Source of the DNA: Sulfurimonadaceae bacterium
Lineage (GTDB): Bacteria; Campylobacterota; Campylobacteria; Campylobacterales; Sulfurimonadaceae
Length of the DNA: 18,908 nucleotides
Reading direction: 5' to 3'
Assembly: GCA_041548245.1 (NCBI GenBank)
Contig: JBFESZ010000037.1
Coordinates: forward strand, 1 to 18,908
Shown: piece after piece, positions 1-6,942 of the stretch
Numbering within the stretch: position 1 is the first letter of the stretch
Layout of the letters: every line of letters begins with the position of its first letter
Translations under genes and position numbers: made by a program
Notes under the pieces: generated by a model
What the model was told of the DNA's origin: nothing
Seen by the model: only the letters and a program-made list of their open reading frames with translations
The model's database searches: none

Positions 1-452
1 CTTGGCTCAGTAAGCGATGTAATCAGGTTTTGTCTTCTTTTCTCCTGTTCAACATTACATATCTCGTGATGCTTGAGCGAGACCTCTTTGATCAATTTGA
101 TTGTAATACGCTTTTTATCAGCTTTAAAAGGAAAATCATTGGACTGTTGTTTTAACAGTTTTTTTAAAGCAGTAGAAACATTCATATTCCATATCGTAAA
201 ATAAAAACACACATCATTTTCCTCGATGATTATTTCAAAGAAGAGCTCCCCCTTCTCTTCAAACAATCTCGCTACAAAAGCATACAAAAGACTGATAAAA
301 CGGTATAGGATCTTTTGTTCAGCGTTTTCGAACATATCAAAATGCTGCCAAAACTGATTGAGGTCTTCTTCGCTTCCGATGGAGACGACAGACTTTATGC
401 TGCCAATAGAACTGTCATCATAGAGGTTGATGATTTTTTGACTCTTTCTCAT
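1..452 (-). CDS. Hypothetical protein, partial (runs off the left edge), >=150 aa
   Basis: Not in the ORF track. ATG at 452 with SD GAGG (tcagaggaaaaATG). Frame is open to position 1: MRKSQKIINLYDDSSIGSIKSVVSIGSEEDLNQFWQHF...LITSLTEP. Starts 15 nt after the EAL gene stop, so probably co-transcribed. Confidence 0.8.
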   Translation of the reverse strand, partial: MRKSQKIINLYDDSSIGSIKSVVSIGSEEDLNQFWQHFDMFENAEQKILYRFISLLYAFVARLFEEKGELFFEIIIEENDVCFYFTIWNMNVSTALKKLLKQQSNDFPFKADKKRITIKLIKEVSLKHHEICNVEQEKRRQNLITSLTEP

Positions 453-467
453 TTTTCCTCTGATACT

Positions 468-1385
468 TTACAACAGTGTAGAAAAGTCGATATGTTCTAA
501 CGATGTTTTATTAAAGTTCTGTGACATTAACTTCATACTTTCATTCTTATAGCTTGCCTGTACTGTTTTTATCCCCTTTTGGATCTGCTCTTCCTTCCAA
601 GAACTATATTGATCTGACCTGTTGACGTTTTCGACCTGTTTGTACTCTATACCTATCTCTTCTAACTCAAGCGTAGGACGCTGAATGAAATATCCCTGAA
701 CAAGATGGCATCCAAGTTCTTTCGAGACAAGCATCTCCGTTTCGGTCTCTACGCCTTCAGCTATCACTGTGATTCCTAACTGTCTTGCAAGATTGACAAT
801 ACTTTGTACAAGGATCTTTTTCTTCTGATCCTTGCAAATCGACTCTAAAAAGAAACGGTCTATCTTGATAATATCGGGCGTAGAACGGTAAAGCATCTGA
901 TAACCTGAAACACCCACACCAAAATCATCTATGGCAATACTGTAATGCTCCTGTTTGTAATGACACAATATCTCTTCGAACAAAAGGGGGTTTGATATCT
1001 CATGACGCTCCGATATCTCGAAACAGATGGCCTCTTTGGGAAGCCGGTATTTGTTCAGAAGTTTTGCTGTATTACCAGCAGAGAAGTTTGGCATGGCCAA
1101 TAAACGGTTATCCAGGTTAATAAAAAGCTTGAGGTTTAGGTAATGGGGCAGTGTAGTGAACTTTTTAATCACTTTCTCCCGTAAGAGCAAGTCCACGGTA
1201 TATAAGATGTTTAAACTGTATGCCTGATCAAAAAAGTCTCCGATGGAATCAAAGCCGATCTCCTCGACTCCACGTAATAAAGCTTCAACGCCGTAAATTT
1301 TTCCACTGTGCAGACTGACAATAGGTTGAAAAGCGATTTTCAGTCTATCTAAATGATCTATCCATGTATGTTCTAATTCTTCCAT
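468..1385 (-). CDS. EAL-domain c-di-GMP phosphodiesterase
   Basis: FQPIV, EALLR, FINL, EISE, DDFGVG, IKID, AEGVE and QGY motifs are all present, so the catalytic set looks intact. Confidence 0.93.
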   Translation of the reverse strand: MEELEHTWIDHLDRLKIAFQPIVSLHSGKIYGVEALLRGVEEIGFDSIGDFFDQAYSLNILYTVDLLLREKVIKKFTTLPHYLNLKLFINLDNRLLAMPNFSAGNTAKLLNKYRLPKEAICFEISERHEISNPLLFEEILCHYKQEHYSIAIDDFGVGVSGYQMLYRSTPDIIKIDRFFLESICKDQKKKILVQSIVNLARQLGITVIAEGVETETEMLVSKELGCHLVQGYFIQRPTLELEEIGIEYKQVENVNRSDQYSSWKEEQIQKGIKTVQASYKNESMKLMSQNFNKTSLEHIDFSTLL

Positions 1386-1391
1386 GCACTG

Positions 1392-1456
1392 ATTGTAATT
1401 GAGAGCTATTTCAAAAAGATTACAAGCACAATCAAATGATTACAGAAGGATTACGA
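1392..1456 (-). promoter_or_regulatory. EAL gene promoter: -10 TACAAT plus two 7-4-7 direct-repeat boxes (Pho-box/OmpR-family-like)
   Basis: On the sense strand: TCGTAAT-cctt-CTGTAAT (1456-1439), TTGTAAT-cttt-TTGAAAT (1425-1408), a 10-nt spacer, TACAAT (1397-1392), 6 nt, then ATG. Confidence 0.6.
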
Positions 1457-1503
1457 AAGCCAACACCCACTGAAAAAGTGTTAACTTATGAAGCATAGTA
1501 CGA

Positions 1504-2178
1504 TTAAAACAGTTCCCATGGCCTCTGCCATGACAACAACTGCTCTTTACATTCATAGCTTAAAAAACGCTCTCCCTCTTTTGGTGCAGCAATAAAAGAA
1601 AACTCCTGTGAACCAAGAAAAAAATGCAATGCATACGCATGAAGATACCCTCTCTCTTCTTCTTTCGCTTCATCAGCATTGGCGTACCGTTTGTCTCCAG
1701 CTATGGGTGACCCCAGACTCTTAAGTGCCACACGTATCTGATGCGTCTTTCCGGTATGGGGTTTGATAAGAAAGAACCTCTCATGTGTTCTTAATGCCGT
1801 ACTTATGAACTGTGTTATTGCAGGGTTGTCGTTGGTTTTCATTAGTTTGTACGAGCCTCTTCTTGAGCCGGCCATGTCCCCTTTGATCCATCCCTGCTTC
1901 TTCTTGGGCTTTCGCGTAGAGATAGCAATGTAGAACTTTTCGATTAGACGCTCTTCAAAAAGCCGGCTCAATCTGTTAGCCGCTTCACTGCTTTTAGCCA
2001 AGAGCAGCAGACCTGAGGTCATCTTGTCGAGTCGGTGCACACTGTAGAGTTTTCTTCCTGTCTGTTTCTCGGCAAGAACGACAAAGCCTTCACTCTCTTC
2101 ACTATGAAAACTTACTCCCGCAGGTTTATCAAAGACAATAAAGGACTCGTTTTCATAGATGATCTCAAACTGCATCAC
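1504..2178 (-). CDS. RluA-family pseudouridine synthase (TIGR01621-like)
   Basis: DKPAG, catalytic HRLD, TSGLLL, TGKTHQIRV, PIAGD, LHA. Contains the KPKKKQGWIKGDM..SRRG segment typical of this subfamily. ATGA overlap with the upstream gene. Confidence 0.92.
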   Translation of the reverse strand: MMQFEIIYENESFIVFDKPAGVSFHSEESEGFVVLAEKQTGRKLYSVHRLDKMTSGLLLLAKSSEAANRLSRLFEERLIEKFYIAISTRKPKKKQGWIKGDMAGSRRGSYKLMKTNDNPAITQFISTALRTHERFFLIKPHTGKTHQIRVALKSLGSPIAGDKRYANADEAKEEERGYLHAYALHFFLGSQEFSFIAAPKEGERFLSYECKEQLLSWQRPWELF

Positions 2179-2549
2179 TCTTCAAAACACTCCTGCTCTG
2201 ATACCTTTATAAAGGCTAAAAACTCTTTATCACGCTTCTTGTCGAGTTGATTGTAAGTCTGCAGATCATACTCTTTAAAGATCTTGTCATCTACACAATA
2301 GCAATAGCTGCTGTTATGTTCAACTAAACACGTCTGTATTAATGCTTCCCTGTCCTTCTCTTCCCACATGTAATATTTGATATAAAAAGGGTACAGTACC
2401 CATACGGCGAAACCTATGGCTAGGACAATATTGAATATGTACTCTTTTTTTCTACTCTTATAGTACTTCCATACGTCATACCCGATAAAAAGTAAAAAAA
2501 GTATCTCCAATCCAATGACAAACCAATCCTCATCTAAAAAATCGAACAT
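2175..2549 (-). CDS. Hypothetical membrane protein (2 N-terminal TM segments, Cys-containing C-terminal domain), 124 aa
   Basis: Start moved to ATG 2549 (SD AGGAG; -10 TATAAT at 2574-2569). Two hydrophobic helices, then C...CYC...C. Confidence 0.8.
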   Translation of the reverse strand: MFDFLDEDWFVIGLEILFLLFIGYDVWKYYKSRKKEYIFNIVLAIGFAVWVLYPFYIKYYMWEEKDREALIQTCLVEHNSSYCYCVDDKIFKEYDLQTYNQLDKKRDKEFLAFIKVSEQECFEE

Positions 2550-2568
2550 AAATCTCCTTGAAAGCAAA

Positions 2569-2591
2569 ATTATATCTGTTTAGTATATAAT
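2569..2591. promoter_or_regulatory. Back-to-back sigma70 -10 boxes (bidirectional promoter)
   Basis: TATAAT on the minus strand at 2574-2569 and TATAAT on the plus strand at 2586-2591, between divergent genes. Confidence 0.6.
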
Positions 2592-2612
2592 TAGACAAAA
2601 AAAAGGTCCGAA

Positions 2613-2834
2613 ATGTCTCCACAATGGATACTGGTTATCGTCCTTATCGCTGTCGTCTATTTTTTCTTCATAAAGAAGAAACCTCTTTCGGACGAGAGCC
2701 AACACAACAAAAAAAACAAGAATAAAGAGAGCGACGACATGGTCGCGTGTAAGACCTGCGGTACTTATATCTCTTTAAACGAGGCGCTGCTTCAAAACGG
2801 TGAGTACTTCTGCAGCAATGAATGCCTAAAATAA
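2613..2834 (+). CDS. PP0621-family membrane-anchored zinc-ribbon protein
   Basis: N-terminal TM segment, then MVACKTCGTYI...YFCSNEC (CxxC...CSxxC). SD AAGG. Confidence 0.85.
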   Translation: MSPQWILVIVLIAVVYFFFIKKKPLSDESQHNKKNKNKESDDMVACKTCGTYISLNEALLQNGEYFCSNECLK

Positions 2835-2845
2835 CAAGGAAATAA

Positions 2846-3235
2846 ATGCTTCTTTTCGGTCATCCTCATATTCCAAGTGAAAAACTTTATCATGTCAGTT
2901 CTATCGAGGCCATCGCACATACCCCTTCAAACAGCTGTTTACTCTTTAATTTCGATCCTGAAGTCTTTGAACTGATCGAATATGCGAATGGCAATGCCCT
3001 CGCATTTGCCTTGGACGTCTCCACGCTTAAAGAAGCCATTATTGGCGAAAACCTTGACGCAAAATACCTTTTAGTCCAAGACCAAATCGCCAATGATGTC
3101 CAAAAAGCAGCCGACACCTATGTGTTTGATGCCAAGGTCCTCGTCCATATCACCGACGAAGAGAAGATCGAAGCCTTTGCCAATGAAGGTATTGACGGTG
3201 TCATCTTTTCCGAAGCCATCGTAAAAATTTCGTAA
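2846..3235 (+). CDS. Conserved Campylobacterota-type hypothetical protein
   Basis: SD AAGGA; 129 aa; alpha/beta pattern ending GIDGVIF; follows the PP0621 gene after 11 nt. Confidence 0.8.
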   Translation: MLLFGHPHIPSEKLYHVSSIEAIAHTPSNSCLLFNFDPEVFELIEYANGNALAFALDVSTLKEAIIGENLDAKYLLVQDQIANDVQKAADTYVFDAKVLVHITDEEKIEAFANEGIDGVIFSEAIVKIS

Positions 3236-3288
3236 CACCTTTTCTACACATTTATACATTAACATCCCTCCATTCATAGGAGGACCCG

Positions 3289-3384
3289 ATGCAGACACTT
3301 TCACTTGTACTTATAGCGACCCTGGGCATCATCTTGAGCTTTATTGTCATCTCATCTCAAGACAGATATAAAAACGTCGAGTAA
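3289..3384 (+). CDS. Small single-TM protein, 31 aa (MQTLSLVLIATLGIILSFIVISSQDRYKNVE)
   Basis: Perfect SD AGGAGG at 3278-3283, 5 nt before ATG. About 18 hydrophobic residues then a charged tail. Fills the intergenic gap; below the ORF-track cut-off. Confidence 0.65.
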   Translation: MQTLSLVLIATLGIILSFIVISSQDRYKNVE

Positions 3385-3414
3385 TCACATCACGCTTTAT
3401 GCTATGATAAGCGT

Positions 3415-3876
3415 ATGAAACAGATTATCTATAGCCTTTGCTTTCTGCTCTTTTTTACAGCATGCTCTTCCAAATCCCCTGCTCCTATCCAAAGTACTTC
3501 TTCATCATCATCTACGGTGAACAAACTCTATAAACAATACAACCAGTGGCGAGGAACACCTTATAAATACGGCGGGCTTTCAAGTCGTGGCATCGACTGT
3601 TCAGGTTTTGTCTACCAAAGCTATAAATCCGTTTTCAATGTTTCTCTTCCCCGTTCGACAGCGGAACAACTCAACAGAGGCAAACAGGTATACATTAACG
3701 AACTTCGTAGCGGTGATCTGCTCTTTTTCAAGACCGGATACAAGACACGCCATGTCGGCATCTACGTGGAAGACGGAAAGTTCATGCACGCCTCGACCAG
3801 TCGGGGTGTCACGATATCTGATATCAGAAGCGGTTACTGGCGAGAACATTACTGGCAGGCTAGACGTCTTCTGTAA
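3415..3876 (+). CDS. NlpC/P60 (C40 peptidase) lipoprotein, peptidoglycan endopeptidase
   Basis: Lipobox FTAC, Ser-rich linker, GTPYKYGG, DCSG (catalytic Cys), LPR, GDLLFF, HVGIY, HAS. Confidence 0.95.
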   Translation: MKQIIYSLCFLLFFTACSSKSPAPIQSTSSSSSTVNKLYKQYNQWRGTPYKYGGLSSRGIDCSGFVYQSYKSVFNVSLPRSTAEQLNRGKQVYINELRSGDLLFFKTGYKTRHVGIYVEDGKFMHASTSRGVTISDIRSGYWREHYWQARRLL

Positions 3877-4594
3877 ACCCAATCGACTTACATACCTCTG
3901 TGAAGACCTCATCCAGTTTTGCTCTAAGCGTCAATTCTTCCTTTGTGACAGGATGTCTGATTGTTAAAACAGAGGCATGTAACAAAAGCCGATGGCAATC
4001 ATACTGTTCTCTGAAAAACCGGTTGTGTTCGCCTCTTCCATATTTCGTATCACCGACAATCGGGTGCAAGATATGTTTCATATGACGCCTAAGTTGATGC
4101 TTTCTTCCCGTTTGAGGCCTTAATCTTACCAAAGAGTAGCGTGTGGTATCATACCTTCCAACAGGATAAGGCAGTTCCACCTGAGCCAACTTCTCATAGA
4201 AGGTAACCGCTTCTTGCGCCTCTTTATCTGTTCTTGCCTTTGCATCGGTCATCTTATCCAGGACCTCTTTAAGCGCATAATCTATCTCGCCGCTCTCATC
4301 TGTATATCCTCTGACGACAGCAAGATACTCTTTTTTAAACGCTCCCACTTTCATCTGTTCGGACAGCTCTTTTGCACTCTCTTTATTTAAGGCAAACAGC
4401 AGCACACCTGAAGTAGGCTTGTCCAAACGGTGTACGGGAAAGACATATTGGCCTATCTGATCCCGAAGCATCTGTATCGCAAAACGTGTTTCATCCTTGT
4501 CTATCCATGAGCGATGGACCAAAAGGTTTGAAGGTTTATTGATGGCAACGATATACTCATCTTGATAGATGATCTCCAGGTGTTCTTCTTCCAC
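3860..4594 (-). CDS. truC: tRNA pseudouridine(65) synthase TruC
   Basis: NKPSNLLVHRSWID, LRDQIGQYVFPVHRLDKPTSGVLLFA, TGRKHQLRRHM, IVGDTKYG, LLLHA, as in TruC. GTG start overlaps the alr TAG by 1 nt. The 3' end overlaps the NlpC gene by 17 nt. Confidence 0.9.
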   Translation of the reverse strand: MEEEHLEIIYQDEYIVAINKPSNLLVHRSWIDKDETRFAIQMLRDQIGQYVFPVHRLDKPTSGVLLFALNKESAKELSEQMKVGAFKKEYLAVVRGYTDESGEIDYALKEVLDKMTDAKARTDKEAQEAVTFYEKLAQVELPYPVGRYDTTRYSLVRLRPQTGRKHQLRRHMKHILHPIVGDTKYGRGEHNRFFREQYDCHRLLLHASVLTIRHPVTKEELTLRAKLDEVFTEVCKSIGFTEDV

Positions 4595-5586
4595 TAGACG
4601 ATACGGCGCTCTATACTAGGAGATAACGAGGTTAGAACCTCATAACCGATAGTCTGGCAGAAAGCGGCTACCTCATTGGCATCATCAAATATGAGAAGCT
4701 TTTCTTTGTCCGATTGGTAAGAACTGTTATCCATAGAGACACGCCCTACAAGTTCTTCCCCATCAGGCGTCTGATAATTATTGGAGAGCAGACGTGAAAG
4801 ACCATCGGCATACCCGACATCATAATTTGATATGTACATATCATCCTTGGCTTCAAAAGTAGCGTTGTAACCTACTCTTTGCCCCTTTTTCAGATAACGT
4901 GTGGAGATCTTCTCAGCGATCAAGGAAAGAACGGGTTTTAACCCCGTCTCCTCAAAACCTCTATCCATCTGCAAACAGCCATAGGCTGCAATTCCGACCC
5001 GTGCTATATCCTCATCAAAACTTGATGTCCTAAAAAGGCCTGCTGAATTACAGGAATGGAAACGAAGAGAGGGACTCTTCTTTTTCAGATCTTCAAAGTT
5101 TTTCTTTTGCCAGAACCATTCAGCACTCATGCTATCAGCGCTGCGATAGTGTGTAAACAAAGCTTCCAGGCTCAGTTTTTGCCCCTTTATGAGCTGCAAA
5201 GCTTTTTCAAACTCATCCAACGCTATCCCGTTACGGTGCATTCCGGTGTCCACCTTCAACTCGACACGCGTGTGTGCAGGAAACCTTGCAATGTCTTCTA
5301 GCGTGTTGATCGTATAAACACAGTTGCTATGGTTTGTAATAGGGAACTTCGGACTAAGGATTAAAATGTAGTCAAAAAAGGCAATTATAGATTCAGCTTC
5401 ATATTCGCTACGCACAACTGCCTTGCTAAGGCCATACTCTTTTGCCATGGAAGCCACTTCAAGCAGGCCATGGCCATAGGCATTATCCTTTAGGACAAGG
5501 GCGATTTTATCTTTATCTGCGGTTTTTTGCGCGATAATGTCGAGATTATTAAAAAATGCTGATTTGTTGAGTTCTATATAAGACAT
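4594..5586 (-). CDS. alr: Alanine racemase
   Basis: PLP lysine motif LKDNAYGHG, KVDTGMHRNG, NSAG, RVG, GYADG, GRVSMD, TIGYE. Confidence 0.96.
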   Translation of the reverse strand: MSYIELNKSAFFNNLDIIAQKTADKDKIALVLKDNAYGHGLLEVASMAKEYGLSKAVVRSEYEAESIIAFFDYILILSPKFPITNHSNCVYTINTLEDIARFPAHTRVELKVDTGMHRNGIALDEFEKALQLIKGQKLSLEALFTHYRSADSMSAEWFWQKKNFEDLKKKSPSLRFHSCNSAGLFRTSSFDEDIARVGIAAYGCLQMDRGFEETGLKPVLSLIAEKISTRYLKKGQRVGYNATFEAKDDMYISNYDVGYADGLSRLLSNNYQTPDGEELVGRVSMDNSSYQSDKEKLLIFDDANEVAAFCQTIGYEVLTSLSPSIERRIV

Positions 5587-5592
5587 GGCGCA

Positions 5593-5601
5593 ATTATAGC
5601 A
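5593..5601 (-). promoter_or_regulatory. Extended -10 (TGcTATAAT) of alr, probably a leaderless transcript
   Basis: tgcTATAATtgcgccATG, with no SD. Confidence 0.6.
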
Positions 5602-5613
5602 AGAAAGAGATTT

Positions 5614-6615
5614 ATGAGACGTTTACCTGCCGAATTTGAAAAACAATCTTTTATACAAGTCATCTTCCCGCATAAAAACAGTGACTGGGAGCAGTACCTG
5701 CAAGAGGCCGAAGAGAACTTTGTCAACATCATCAAGGCCATTGCTTCCTATCAAAAATGCCTTGTTGTCTGTCATGACAAAGAGTATGTCAGTGCCAAGT
5801 TTGACTCGCATACGAACATACACTTTATTGAACTTCCAAGCAATGACACTTGGGCACGCGACTGCTCGGCAATCACTGTGTATGAAGAGGGAAAAGCTCT
5901 TCTATTAGACTTTGATTTCACTGCATGGGGAGGAAAGTTTGAAGCCTCTCTAGACAATGCCCTAAGTGAAAAACTCTCACCTTTTTATGATGCGCCGATG
6001 CAAAAGATCGACTTCATTCTCGAAGGCGGTGCTATTGAGAGCAATGGAAAAGGTAGCCTGATGATTACCTCAGAGTGCGTCTTTAACCCGAACAGAAATA
6101 CCATGAGTATCCAAGAGAGCAAAAAACTTTTAACAAAGTTTTTTGGTATCAGCAATATTCTCGTACTCGATCATGGCTATCTAAGCGGCGATGACACCGA
6201 CTCCCACATAGACACCCTTGCACGTTTTGTCGATGAGCATACGATCGTCTATCTTAAATGCGAGGATGAAGCTGATGAACACTACCAGGAGCTCAAAGCC
6301 ATGGAAGCTCAACTCGAGGGATTCAAGGACCAGGATGGAAAGCCTTTCCGACTTGTCCCGCTTCCATTCACCAAGGCGATTTATGATGAAGGTGAACGTC
6401 TTCCGGCGACCTATGCCAACTTCTTGATCCTCAATGAGGCCGTCTTGCTCCCTGTTTACAATGACATCAATGATGAAAGAGCCTTACAAACACTCGCTGA
6501 AGTATTTCCTACACGTACAATCATTCCTGTAGAATGCAACACTCTCATACGACAGCATGGGAGCCTTCACTGTGTTACGATGCAATTTCCTCTTGGCGTT
6601 GGTTTTAAGGCTTAA
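5614..6615 (+). CDS. aguA: Agmatine deiminase (Porphyromonas-type peptidylarginine deiminase family)
   Basis: RLPAEFE, DTWARD, EGGAIESNG, DDTDSHID, ATYANFL, GSLHCVTMQ (catalytic Cys). Confidence 0.92.
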   Translation: MRRLPAEFEKQSFIQVIFPHKNSDWEQYLQEAEENFVNIIKAIASYQKCLVVCHDKEYVSAKFDSHTNIHFIELPSNDTWARDCSAITVYEEGKALLLDFDFTAWGGKFEASLDNALSEKLSPFYDAPMQKIDFILEGGAIESNGKGSLMITSECVFNPNRNTMSIQESKKLLTKFFGISNILVLDHGYLSGDDTDSHIDTLARFVDEHTIVYLKCEDEADEHYQELKAMEAQLEGFKDQDGKPFRLVPLPFTKAIYDEGERLPATYANFLILNEAVLLPVYNDINDERALQTLAEVFPTRTIIPVECNTLIRQHGSLHCVTMQFPLGVGFKA

Positions 6616-6620
6616 AAAGG

Positions 6621-6746
6621 TTATTTTGCCTGTTCCGTGTTTTCTCTTTTGCTCTCTCCATGAAAGAGCAAGGAAAAACCTTGGTAGAGAAAGAACCCCG
6701 ATCCTATAAGCAAGGCTAAAATAACTATTTTGTTCTTCATCGGCAT
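6621..6746 (-). CDS. Small single-TM protein, 41 aa (MPMKNKIVILALLIGSGFFLYQGFSLLFHGESKRENTEQAK)
   Basis: Extended -10 TGtTAAAAT (6775-6767) and SD AAGG before ATG 6746 (alternative ATG 6740). Basic N-terminus, hydrophobic core, charged tail. Ends 5 nt from the convergent aguA stop. Confidence 0.7.
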   Translation of the reverse strand: MPMKNKIVILALLIGSGFFLYQGFSLLFHGESKRENTEQAK

Positions 6747-6942
6747 TGTCAAACCTTTTTTTCGAAATTTTAACACAACTTCTCCATCTCATATTTTCAC
6801 ACTTTCAGATGCCAAACTTATTGCGTCAAAAATCAATAGCTCATACAGGTTTTATTAATAAAATCCGATCAACTAAGACAGGCTTCAGAAGCTTAGCTAT
6901 ACAATGTAATATTCGACCTGAAGATGTAAGGACAATCACCCG

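Noticed and set aside
315..500. Track ORF 315..500 (+) and similar short antisense or alternate-frame ORFs inside nlpC, truC, alr, aguA, pyk, fapA and the cyclophilin gene
   Set aside because: They lie on or across well-supported genes and have no independent signals or motifs.
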